From Lama glama (taxonomy: Eukaryota): DNA of 64,000 bases. The translations under genes and the position numbers were made by a program. Position 1 is the stretch's first letter. Each line of letters opens with the position of its first letter. The stretch is from NCBI GenBank assembly GCA_028534125.1, contig CM052816.1, positions 55,244,001 to 55,308,000 on the forward strand, in the 5' to 3' direction. Under the pieces are notes generated by a model. The model saw nothing but the letters and a program-made list of their open reading frames with translations, had not been told where the DNA came from and ran no database searches. Below are positions 1-12,238 of the stretch, one piece after another.

Positions 1-90
1 TTGATTCCCTACCCTCTGCCAATTACGGGTCAGTGGCCTTAAAAAAAGTTCCCTATACTCAGTACAGACAAACACTTTCAAAAAAGAATC
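1..90 (-). other. SGMS1: Non-coding 5'-UTR exon (probable SGMS1 exon 2); either runs off the window edge or ends at a weak donor near 12
   Basis: Minus-strand acceptor tttgttttacAG at 92-91, then GATTCTTTTTTGAAAGTGTTTGTCTGTACTGAG with no AUG. Resembles the SGMS1 5'UTR as I recall it (not database-checked). Confidence 0.55.
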
Positions 91-2099
91 CTGTAAAACA
101 AATATCTTCAACATTTGCCTGCTGTGTTGCATAGACTAAATATGAGTGATCTTTTCTTGAAATGTGGTTTTTGAATACTCAGGTATAATGTAAAGTTTAA
201 AAGGATCTGTAGATATTTTACTGATTCAATAATTCAATATTATTTTTAAATGGTTGATCTTAACAAAACACTGTAAAAAAAGTAATTCTTTTGGGAAAAT
301 TGCTCCTTTATGGGTCTTCAAATACTCCTCATATATCTTATGTAACCAATTCTTAACCACCAAATACAATATCAAATGAAAATGCAATTAAAAATAATCT
401 GAAAACTATAAGGCATTATTTGTATGTTACATCTACACAGTATATGTGCAAAATCTGACATTTGTGCCAGTTCATTATTTTATGGCAGCATTTCCTAAGA
501 GTGTTCAGTAGGTCAGAGAAATATTAATAGGTGTTATTGTATATTAGACATATAGAATTCACAAAAGCAACAAGGTCTCATTGTTGGAATTCAGCAAAAA
601 GTTTAGTCTTCACATTTTGCAACACCCTGTTGCTCTTGAGTTAGAATATTTCAAAATTTGTTACTGATGTCGTTTTGGGATCACTTACTGATTTTCTTAA
701 GAAGCCTAATATTCAAAGTATTTATTTTTCCATTGGCTTACTTGCTCATTTCTGGCAGTATTTAATCTTTTTGTGTTCTCATTTTTGTGGTCTACTTTAA
801 CCTAGGGTGTAGCATACTTCTTAAAGTTCTACTGGTGATCTGTGAATACATTCATTCTTTTAACATTCTGCAGATATTCACTGCCTTTCTGCTGTGTGTC
901 AGGCACTATTCTAGGCACTCGGGATGCAACAGTGACAAGCAAGATCCCTGCCTTGAGGAATTTTCATGCTAGCATGCGGAGAAGCACTTAAACATACTAA
1001 AACAAGTCACACAGTTTATTAGAACATAATCTATGTTATGAAAAATAAAGAGTAAGGTAAGGGGGATTGAGAATGGGGAGGGGGTAGATTGCAGTATTAA
1101 TTAGTGAATTTGAAGTTGGCCTTATTGAGATGAGACTCTGGCAATGAATTAAGTGAGGTAAGACTCATCCAAGAGAGTATCTGGAGAAAGAATGTTCATG
1201 GCAGAGAAGACAGAATGAAATTCCCAAGTTAGGATCATGTTTTGTGTATCAGAGGAACAGCAAGGAGGCCAGTGTGACTGGAACAGAGTGAGAGAGAAGA
1301 ATGGGGGATGAACTCAGAAAAATAACAAGGGTCAGATGATGTAAAGCCTTGTGGACATTTGTAAACACTTTGGTTTTTACTCTTGAGTATGATAAGGACC
1401 ACTGTAGTGATTTGAGCCAAGAAGGGAAATGATCGACTTCCTTTTAAGAGATTTCTCTGGGTGCCATGCTAAGAATGGGTTTTACAGGACAAGAGTAAAA
1501 GCAGAGACCAGGGAGGAAGCAACCTCAGTGACTCAGACGGTTAAGACAGGGATTGGAGGGCGGGCAGCAGCAGAGGTATTAAGAAACAGACAGATTCTGG
1601 ATATAATTTGAAAGTAGAGACACAGAGTCTTTCTGATGTGGCTAGTGAGAGGAAAGAAAGGAAGAGGAAGGATTGATTTTCCATATACTATGATGGAGTA
1701 GGCTGCAGAAGCAGCAGGTTTTGGTGGGGGGTAGGGAGAAGGGATCAAGAATTCAGTCTTTGGACAAACTAAATTTAATGCATTGATTAGACATCCAATG
1801 AAGATGCTGAGTGTGTGGTTGAAGCTCTGGGACAGAGGTCTGGACCAAAGTTGGATACACTGGGGAGTCAATAGCATTTAGGTGGGTTTTAAAGCCCTAA
1901 GAATGGATGAGATCACCACCAAGAGAGTGAGTGTAGGTAGAGAAGAGGGGAGAAGAGAGGGAAAGACTGTACCCTGGATCACTGGAAGGTTACGAGGTTT
2001 GAAAGAACAGGATCAACAAGCAGAGTAGATTGAGGAGTAAACTATGTGGCAGGAGGAGTGTAATTTCATTGGAAATTAATGATGAGAGTATCAGGGAGG

Positions 2100-3219
2100 T
2101 GTGTATCATCCAGGATCCAGTCAGGAGACTGCACTGAGAGAGTTAAATGTAAAAAATTATTAAGTATGAAATTGCTAACCAGGTAACAGAGAGGGTGAAA
2201 GAGAACTCTAAGGTATCATGAAGGTAGAAACTGCAAGAAAAAACTACCACCTCTAGGGCTGGAGGAACAAAGAATGAGGTTTGAATTATTAAATAAGCTG
2301 AAAGGAAGGTACCTGCAGAGCTGAGCTCAGTCCCCTGAGAAGCAGGCACTGTTCAGCTGGTGCTGGTGCTTCTGAGCTCAAAAGAGGGACCCCGTGGGTC
2401 TGGGAACCCTTTTCTAAAAAGAGGCTGTCAGCCTTCTGGTGCTTACAACTGTGAGAAGACTGTGAAGGGGTGGGGCATTAGTTTTTCAGGGCTGCCACAC
2501 AAATTACCACAAACCTGGTGACTTAAGACAACAGAAATTTATCCTCTCACTGACTGGAGGCTTGAAATCTTAAATCAAGGTGTCAGCAGGGCCATGCTTC
2601 CTCTAAAGTCTCCAAGAGGGAATCTGTTGCATGCCTCTGGCAACTCTGGTGGTTGCCAGCAATCCTTGCTGTTCGTTGGCTTAAGAACACATCATTCCAA
2701 TTTCTCCCTCTGTCTTCACGTGGCCTTCTTATAAGGACATCAGTCATCAGGTTTAGGGCCTGCTCTAATCCAGTATAACCTCATCTTAACTAATTACATC
2801 TGCAAGAACTCTATTTCTAAATCAAGTCACATTCTGAGGTTCTTGGGAGACATGAATTTTGAAGGGATACTGTTCAATCCAGTACAGCCAGGTTTTTCAA
2901 GCACTGGAAAAAACTGCAATCTGCAATCATATGCAGCAACAGGAAGGAACTGTCACTTCTGGGCTGAAGATGGTTTTTAAGCCATGACACTCAGAAGAAC
3001 CACAGGCAGACAGAAAGGCCATGGAAAGTAAATGAGGAGGAGCAAGCCCCTTCTTCCTCCACTAGCCTCTCAGTCTCCCTCTAGTATCTTCTACTGCAGA
3101 GCCTAACAAGGAGCCATCTCAGAAATCTAGTTTGCAGTCTCATCTCCAGTAGTTCAAACACAATTACAGAAAGGTAGGTGTGGGGCCCAGAGACAACATC
3201 TCAACAATATCTTAGCACA
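2100..3219. mobile_element. ERVL-type solo LTR inserted in L2, itself split by MLT1
   Basis: Starts TGTG (2100), ends GCACA (3219), with ggagg-like direct repeats on either side; subfamily not determined. Confidence 0.55.
2476..2886 (-). mobile_element. MLT1B/C-like MaLR LTR
   Basis: Typical motifs acaaattaccacaaac, aaatcaaggtgtcagcagggccatgc, taattacatctgc, ending caatccagtaca. Confidence 0.85.
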
Positions 3220-5200
3220 CGGAGGGAATGGTCAACTGGGTCAAAAGTTGCTGGTAGGTAAAGAAAAACGAGAATTGATAATCGTCCACTAGATTTAGCT
3301 TCAGTTGTCCCATGATCAAATAAGTTCAGAAAATGCTATTCTAGGACTTTCTGTTGGACTGGCCAGGCATTTCAGCACGTTGGCCAGCTCCTTTCCAAAA
3401 GGGCTCAGCCAGTTCTGACATTAGAACAGTTAACAGCCATCATACACACGAGCTCATCTACCAAATGCCACAGCCACCACATATGCTGTCACTGCCTCTG
3501 CTGAATTTTATTTTGATGTTTGCAAATGAGTTAAAATCACCTTGGAAATGAACATATTCCTAGGGCCATCCATAGATTACTACATAGACTAGAGGCTACC
3601 AATGAAAATCAAGTAACAGGCCTAGAATACCATGAAAATTCAGTTCCCTTCCTCTTTCCTCCCCTTCTGTAATTTCAGTCAGAAGTCCCTGGACGACTGA
3701 AGCAAGTCCTTATGTTTTCTTAATCTACCTCTTTGGAGGGTGACAGAAGCAAGTAAAAGTAGTAGAAATTGTTTTGGTAAATCTAGAGCAAACTCAATGT
3801 ACATTTCCGAGCCCTAAGATGCATCCTCAGTATCTCATTGACTTTGTGGGAAATATTTTCTGCTCTTACTTAAAGTAAAATTCATAAAACATGCTACTTT
3901 CCTGATTACTTAAAAGTACATAATACAAAATAAAAACAAAGAGAAGATAATATAAAAATAGCGTTCAACTACGAATGAAGAAGCTTGGATCATTTTGGGT
4001 CATTTGTTTTTTTGTTTTGAGCAATCAAGACCATCTTTGTAACTAGTTGTATAGCTTTGGGCAAGGGTTTGAGCAGCTTTTGGCTGTTTTCTTCAGCTAT
4101 TACTGAGAAAACTGGCATAAAGGATCTCAGAAAAGCTCTCAGCTTTTGCCTTGTATTACCTAACTACTAAAACTAGCATGTATGGTTGTCAGTGTTATAA
4201 TGTGGTTACAATGAATTTTGATAGTGGAAATTAGTTGAGGATTTTACTTCAATGTGTAAATTGTTACTTTTTTATACTTTTCACAGAAAAATGACAGTAC
4301 TCAACCAATGTATAAGCTAATAAAAAAACCAAAATACTGAAAGTCGCATTTGAAAGAAAATGCCTTAGTTGTCTATCACTGTTACTTGTTGTTTATTTAA
4401 CTCGATAACTTTATCTTCTTTCTTAGAAATTAACCAGTTGTCTAAAATAGAGTCCTGACTTCTTCGTATTATTTCTATGACTAGAAACAGAAATATCATT
4501 TTTTTTTACATTTGTAATACATCTCTCAGTGTCCAAAACCATCCAGAAGAGATTTTGCTAAATGCAGAAGGTGTGGGGAAATTCATCTAACAAGAATTCC
4601 ACTAGAACATATAACTGGTCAAACAAAACTGATAGAGAAACAGTAACCATGGGTATTACTTAAATATCTTAATTTGGAATGGTATGTTGCTTGCTGATTA
4701 ATATCATGGAAGAAAATCAGTAAATTTGCTGAAACCAGAAAATAATCCAAAAAAGTGGGGGGGGGTACTTCTGCCAGATTCTCTTTGGGGTGTGTGTGTG
4801 TGTTTGTGTGTGTTTAGTAACCATTTCCATTTGGTGATGGTTATCAACCTTCAATGTAAGGTTACAATAGGGATAATATTCTCATTTAATATATGAAGCA
4901 GAAAATTTAAAATTACTTTGAGACTGCTTGCAATAATCCATTCATTTTATTTTTCGTGCAGAATACACCTATTTCTTACACTAAAGAAAGGCGATGAATA
5001 GTCTTATCTGCCTATGGCTGCATAGATCTCGTCAAGAAATGCAGAGTGAATTTTTTCCCACTATTTTTTTTTTGGACCAGAACAATTAATTGCTATCAAC
5101 CTACAGATCTCCACTTTAGTGTCTCATTACTTGAGTGTCCAGCAATCAGGTGCTTTGTGTCACCAACACTCCAATTTCCTAAACTGACCTGGAACCTTTA

Positions 5201-5360
5201 AAGGTTTCTCGAAGACTGGTCTTTGGACCAGCAGTTTTGATACTACCTGGGAACTTGTTAGAAAAGCAGAATATTAGGTCCTACCCAGACCTACTCAGTG
5301 AATCAGAATCAGAACTATAACAAGTGATTTGTACGCACAGTAAAATTTGCGAAGCACTAC
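5201..5360. mobile_element. MER5A-like hAT-Charlie MITE
   Basis: acctgggaacttgttagaaaagcagaat...ccagacctact...gaatcagaa...tttgcgaagcact. Confidence 0.8.
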
Positions 5361-5596
5361 CCCAAAGTATCAACACTCATATTTGTTTCCATCCTGATAA
5401 GAGTTCCTTGAGTAGGAAAAAATGAATTATAGGTAACAACCAGGAATTGCAGTTGAGTCTGCCCACAGCAGTGTGCCATGAAATTCATAAATTAAAATGG
5501 ATGAAGAACTGTTTATATAGCCACTTTTAACTTAACCATCTTAAGTGAATACAAATACCTACTGAACATCTATACAGAATATCTGTGCCAGGTAAT

Positions 5597-5733
5597 TAGG
5601 GTCATCATATATCCCAGATTCCTGGGACAGTCCCAGTTTACACCTGTTATCCTGGAATAATTATTAATAGTACCCCAGCACCTTTTAAACTAAAAAAGTC
5701 CCCTTTTGGACAATAAATTATATAGTCGCCCTA
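5597..5733 (-). mobile_element. MER94-like hAT-Blackjack MITE
   Basis: Terminal inverted repeats tagggtcatcatat / atatagtcgcccta; internal gggacagtccc and aataattattaatag. Confidence 0.75.
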
Positions 5734-6634
5734 ATTAAAATCTGCTACAAAACACATCCATTACAACCTCCCCAAAAGATTTAATTATAAGAATACACAA
5801 CATTTCGGCCTCTCTAGTCACCAAATTCTGTTCCCGTTCAAAACTAATAAGCTGAAGAGAGACACTCCACTGCTGAAATAGCAAGGCAATCATTTTCTAT
5901 TTCACAAACAAAAAAGTTGTGGTTGTAATCTTCTCATTTTAACTTATTAATTTTTTCTTATACCACTAGCATTTGATATGGCTTATCTTTAGTAGAATCT
6001 GGTTACAATTTGACTTAGAACACACCTACTTTTTTTTAAGTTTAATATACGCTTTTGGTGTTGCAGAAAGGGGACTCTCAGGACTATCAGAACTGTTAAG
6101 AGCATCTCTGTCTCCATGAGTGAAAACACCGTTCAATAAACTTCCTACCTGCATGTGCTAAATGGTCAATAGGCTCACTGCGTACCCTAGAAACCTAGAT
6201 GAAGATCAAGAAAACCGGACACTATCATTCAGTGGCTTGGGTGAGCACGTGGAAGCAAACAAACACCAAGGAGAAAGATGGAAGGACTCCATGGGATTCT
6301 AGGTCGACAGGTAAAGAGCATGAAACCGCCATTCACTGGCTGCAGGGCAGAGTGTCATGAGATCAAAACACAGGTTTTCTAGGAATGAGCTCTGGGGAAG
6401 TCAATTCTGCCCTATTGATAAGAGAAGAGCAGTGCCTGGAGGAGCCGAGGTCGATGAGCAGGAGCTCAAGTCTATCCAGAGGGCAATGGGGGCGGGGGGA
6501 GGCGTGCCAGGAGACAGGAGGAGGCTACTGAAGACAAGGATTGGAGGTGCCAAGGGCAGAGAAACCAAGTCAGAAACAAATGTAGAAATCTAGATTATGT
6601 GGAAGAGCAACCTGGAGAGGAAACATTCAATTGT

Positions 6635-9240
6635 TTTAAAGTCTTTTGTTAAGGTATAATTTATATGCAACAAAATTCACCCTTTTTGGTATATAGTTCT
6701 GCATATGTTAACAAACGCGCCACACATCACAATCAAGACACAGAACAATTCTACCACTCCTAAAATTCCCCAAGCCCATCTGTAGTTAACCTTTCCCCTA
6801 AATGCTGCCCCGGCAATCTTTTTTTTTTTTTGCCATTTCCAGAATGTCATATAAATATAATCATATAGTATGCAGCTTCTGTATCTAGCTGCTTCCACTT
6901 AGCATAATGCATTTGAGATCCATTCATGTTGCATTTACCAGTAGTTTGTTCCTTTTTTAAATTAATGAGTAATATTCTATTATACAAATGAATCACAATT
7001 TGCTTATCCATTCACCAGCTAAAAGACATTTGGGTCATTTCTAACTCTTGGAGATATGGATAACGTCCATATAAACATTCACATACAGCTTTTTGTGTGA
7101 ACATAGGTTTTTATTTCAGTTGGGCAAACAAGAAGGATGGGGACCATACAGAGAATAGATGTTAAGTTTTATAAGAAACTGCCAAACGTTTTTCCAAAGT
7201 AACTGTTGCCTTTCCACCAGCAATGTTGTAAGAGTTCCAATGTTCTTCATTTTTGCCAGCGCTTGGTATTTCCAGTTTGTCTTTTTTTGTTTTAGTAATT
7301 CTGAAATAGGTATGAACCTTGACACGTACCTGTTCTAATCTCCCAGGAATGAAAATACAGTACAGTAAGTTCCCATTAGTGTACATGAAATGAAAAACAG
7401 GCATACGTGTAGTTTTAATTTGCATTCCCCTAATGAGAAATGATGTTGAACATCTTTCCTGTGCTTGTTTGCCAACAATACATCTTCTTTGGTGAAGTGT
7501 CTGTTGAAGCATCTTGTTCATTTTTTTTACTGGGTTATTTTCTAATTTCTGAGTTTTGAGAGCTATTTGCATATTATACATACATGCCCCTTACTGGATA
7601 AAAGTTTTGCAAATATTTTCACCCAGTCTATGGCTTCTCTTTTCATTTTCTTAATACTGTCTGAACAGAAGTTCTTAATTTTGATAAAGCCAAATTTATC
7701 AAGTTTTATTTTAAACACACCACGCTTTTGATTTCATATCTAAGAAATGCTTTTCCAACCCTAATTCACAAGTATTTTTTCTTATGTTTTCTTGCTGAAG
7801 ATTTATAATTTTATGTTTTACAATTACGTCCATGATCAATTTAGAATTAAGTTTTGCATATAGTGTAAGGGATGGATCAAGGGTTTGGAGGTGGTGGCTG
7901 TTGTTGTGTTTGCACTTAAATACTCACATATTTGAGTATCATTTGTTAAAAAGACAATTCTCCATTGAATTGCCTCTGCACCTTTTGCAAAAATTAACTG
8001 ACCGTGTATGTGGTCTATTTCTAGACTCTTATTCTTCTCACTCTTCTGTATGTCTGTGTGACACTCTGCTGACTTCTGTAGCTTTAAAGTCTCAGAGTCA
8101 GGAAATGTGACTCCTCCAGCTTTGTTTTTTTTTTCAAAGTTGTTTTGGCTATTCTAGTTCCTTCATCTTTCCATACACATTTTAGAATCCGCTTGTTGAT
8201 TTATATATTTTTTTTTAAATCCCAGCTGGGATTTTGATTGGGATGGATGACAGTTTGGGGGAAATTAGTATCTTTACTCTACTGAGTGTTCCAATCCATG
8301 AACACAGTACAGCCTTCCATTCAGATCTTTGATTTCCTTCTTCAGTACTTTGTAGTTTTCAGCATAAAGATATTGTACATATTTTGCTAGATTTAGAACT
8401 AAGTATTTCTTTTTGTGTCCTATTATAAATGGTGCTGTTTTCTTAAATTTGAATTTTCAACTGTTTGTTGCTGGTACCTAAGAAGAGTATGACTGACTTT
8501 TGCACATTAGTTTTGGTAGCTTTTTGTGTAGGTTTTCTGGTATGTTTCATGTAGTACCATCTATAACATTAACGGCATCATCTGTTAACAGGCAGTTCTA
8601 TTTCTTCCTTTCTTATATTGCATGCCTTTTATTTCTTTCTCTTACTTTTTGCACTGGCTATGGCTTCTAATATAACTTTGACTAGAAGTGGTTAAAGCAA
8701 ACATGTTTGCCCAGTTCTTAGAATTAAGGGAAAAGCATTTAGCCTTCTATCATTAAGGATTATCTTAGCTGTGAGTTTTTGTAGATGCCTTCTATAAGGA
8801 AGTTCCCTTTTATTCTGAGTCTGCTGAGAATATTTTTCAAAAAATCATAAATGGATGCTAAATTTTGTCAAATACTTTTCCCAGGTCTATTCTGTTGATA
8901 TAATAATTTACATTGACTGATTTTCAAATGTTGAAACAGCACTGCATTCCTAGGATAACCACGGTCGTATGATATATTATTTCTTTTCATAAAATTCTTG
9001 ATTCAATTTGCTAGTGTTTTGTTGAAGGTACTTTTGTCTATGTCCGTGAAGATGCTGGTCTGTAGCTTCCTCTTCCTCCTTTTCTCCTTCTCCTTCTTTT
9101 TGGTAATGGCTTTGTCTAGTTTTAGGAGGAGGGTAATCCTGGCCTCATAAAATGAGTATATCCACCTTTGCTATATTCTGGAAGAGCTTATGTAGAATTG
9201 ATATTATTTCTTCCTTAAATGTTTAGTAGAATTCACCAGA
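6635..9240 (-). mobile_element. Old L1 (L1MB/L1MC-like) 3' UTR plus ORF2 remnant
   Basis: T-rich reverse L1 sequence; minus-strand ORF 7162-7581 contains L1 ORF2 C-terminal-like RCSTSFLIRGMQIKTT. Confidence 0.9.
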
Positions 9241-10419
9241 AAACACATTAAAATTTAGTTGTACCAGTTTCATAGAACTGTGAGGATTAAATGAGAATGT
9301 GTATGAAAATAGCCCAGGTCCCATAACAAAGAGCACCCAGACAATAATAAATGTTTGCTATTAGTATTAGTCTATGAATCCAACTTAACATAAGTAGTTA
9401 GCACAGTGTTAGAACAACAGGCCTGCCCAGTGAGGAAGCCACAGGCTGACATGCACCCAGCTAGGTTGGCCAGAAGCAGTTATGGTAAAAACCCTAGAGA
9501 TCAGTCAAGATCTGAAGAAAAAGGCCTTAAGGTTTCCTTGCTACAATCATTATACATCCATTTAAGATACATTGTGAAGGAGCATTAATATTTAAAAAGA
9601 ATTTCAGCATTATACAATTTGAAACATATTTTATTTTGTAACCATTCTCTAAATTTCTATACATCCAAGAAAAATTTGTTGCTATTTACTAGAGTCATAA
9701 AATTATAAATGAGCTTAGAGGCAGGTGAATAATATAACCAAATTCCTCTCTACTTTGTCTACTTTGCATTTTAGTGACTACAAAAAGGCATGAGGACTAG
9801 ACAAAGAATGGTAAATAATGAATTAAAGGTGCCATAATTTTAGAAATCTTAGTGGTTTCCATTACACATTATTACACACACTCCGTAGCTTCCTTATACC
9901 TCCTTGTATGGTTTTGCAGACTGACACTGTAACAGAACTGGAGAAGGGGGCAGTGAAGCACACCAGGTGCTCTAACAAAAAGCACCTGTGTAAATGCCTA
10001 TTAGAATATTAATGAGTCAAAAATGAAAAACAGAATCTAGCTCTTCCGAATGCTAAGGCTCCACCGGCTATGAACAGAGAGGACTCAAGCCCTGACAGCC
10101 CTAGGCTGGTGATAATCACAGAAGCACATCAATGAAAGATGCTGCTGAAGTCAAGGTCTTGCTTCCTGTTTGATTAATAATGAACATTTATTGAACACTG
10201 CTCAGCAAGGCTACAAGTAAACCATCTAAGACAAAAGAGTCTCTATAATGCTCTTAAAGAGCTACACAGAATTCACAGATTCCCTTGTTGTGGGGAGAGA
10301 ACCTGAATTTTGAAGCCTCACAGGTAGAAATCCATTATCTATAGTTCTGTGACCTCGAGCAAGTAGCATATGCTCTCTGGGCTTCAGTCTTTTCATTTCT
10401 AGATGCATTACCCTCTACT

Positions 10420-10990
10420 GATTTATCCTACAAATATTTCTTGATTGTGCCAGGCTCTGTGTCACCTGCTAGTCCACAAGGATGAAACTTTAAGACTCAA
10501 GATGAGGAAATGAGCATTCACAAAACAGTAGCAAGTGTTGTCACTAGATAAGGAGGTGGTTCAGCTGCACGCTGGAAGGGCACCTAAACTGGACCTGGGA
10601 AGATCAGGTTAAGATTTTCCTAAGGAACCTACCTTTAGGTGAGCCCTAAAGGATGCATAGGAGTTAGTTAGGTGAGCTGTGGGGTGAAGGGTGAGGGTGA
10701 GAGCATCCAGGCAGGTGAAAGGCTCAGAGGAGGCAGATGGAGAGCATGGTGCCACTGGGACCTACAGAGCTCACCATGGCCCTAGTAAGGAATTGCTAAC
10801 TGAACTCAAGACAGTGAGGAGTCATTCGTGACTTTTAACATGAAATGCACATGGTGGTCCGTGTTTTACAGATAACTCTGGTAGAACAATGGATTGAAAA
10901 GGGACAAAACTAAGGCCAAGGGGCTTAGGAAGCTATTGCATTATTCCAAGTAAGAGATGATGGCGGCTGGGACTTAGGGTATGACAGAAA
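10420..10990 (-). mobile_element. L2 fragment, preceded by a MIR remnant at ~10290-10400
   Basis: atttatcctacaaatatttc...tgtgccaggc and aggaagctattgca...tccaagtaagagatgatgg are L2 motifs. Confidence 0.7.
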
Positions 10991-12016
10991 CTAAATAACA
11001 GGTGCCTAGAAGCATGACTGTTATGTGCTAGGAACCCAGAAAATGTCAGTTGTCTTCTTTCTTCTTCTTATAATCTGTCCATTGTTTTAAATGGAATTGT
11101 CCAATGTTCCAGTAGCCATCCAAGTAAGACCCCTTTCCAAAGAATAAATTACAAATATTCTTCATAACAGATAGTTTCATATGTCATTAGGGAAGAAATA
11201 TGTTCTATTTTATGTCTATTTTTAGGCACCTCAGGATGAGATTTCTAATAAATGCTGATGTAAATGCAATTTCTTTGCAACAAATTTGTTAGCACATCTT
11301 AGTTATGTGTAATAATAAATTTTATCGCTAATATTAGCAGACTCTCCAATCACTGATGATCAAATCAACTGTGTAATGTCTTCATAGAGTTTTTAAGTAG
11401 TATTTTCAAATTATTTTGATAGTTTGGTAGTTTCGTTTTCTATTTGTCTCCTTCCCTCTAGAATGTAAGTTCCAAGAGAATAAGGACTTTGTTCTCTGTT
11501 CTACCTCTAGGAGCTGGAACAGGGCCCAGCACTTAACACAGGTGAAAAAAAAAAAAAAAAAGACCTACAGGCTAACTCCTTCACAGAACAAATGAAAAAC
11601 AGGGGTTCATCTATCTGAAGTAACTGAAATTGCCCACTCCTAACTGGCACGTCTACCTCAAGGCTCTCCCGACTCTAAGTCTCAGCTACGCCTGACTTCA
11701 AATTCATCTTTTTAAACGTATAGTTCTAATAAACATCATTCCTTGCTCAAATTGAGCCCAAACTGCTGCCTCTGACCTTCAAGGAGTCCTACCCACCCTT
11801 GGAGCTCAACCTCCCATCACTGCCCAAATTCCAGTCCCCACAAGCCTCTCTCCCAGACCAACAGGACCACTTGCCTCCCCAGCTGCCCCCAGGACAAGCC
11901 ACCTCTCCCTCAAACACCCTGCATTTCCCTCTCTGCCCAATAAGATCCTGCCTGCCATTCAAGTTTCGACTAAAAAAATGATTGTTTTTGAAGTTTTTCT
12001 TTATTCCTTAAGTCCA

Positions 12017-12238
12017 CAGGTCTCAACTAGGGTGCTTTCGCACACCCTCTGCTCCTACCCTGAGATATCTGACAATGTCTGGAGACATTTTTGGTTGTGA
12101 CAGCTGGAGGGGAAAATATTACCGGCATCTAGTGAGTAGAAGCCAGGGGTGCTGGTAACCATCCTATAATGCACAGCACCCCCCCTACAACAATTACTTG
12201 GCCCAAACATCAACAGTGTGGAGACTGAGAAACCCTGC
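12017..12238 (+). mobile_element. MER20 hAT-Charlie element
   Basis: caatgtctggagacatttttggttgtgaca...ggcatctagtgagtagaagccaggg...tgagaaaccctg; ccttaag occurs near both ends. Confidence 0.9.

Larger units (their letters stand above)
848..3300 (-). mobile_element. L2 LINE fragment, interrupted by LTRs at 2100-3219
   Basis: attcattc...gtcaggcactattctaggcact is the L2 3' end in reverse. ORF 1533-1877 retains L2 RT C-terminal-like LNLVCPKTEFLIP. L2-like sequence resumes after 3220. Confidence 0.8.

Noticed and set aside
1533..1877. 114-aa minus-strand ORF
   Set aside because: Decayed L2 reverse-transcriptase region.
7116..8110. ORFs with protein-like sequence (also 38413-38595, 45170-45520, 50324-50515)
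   Set aside because: Fragments of L1 ORF2 or antisense L1; not host genes.
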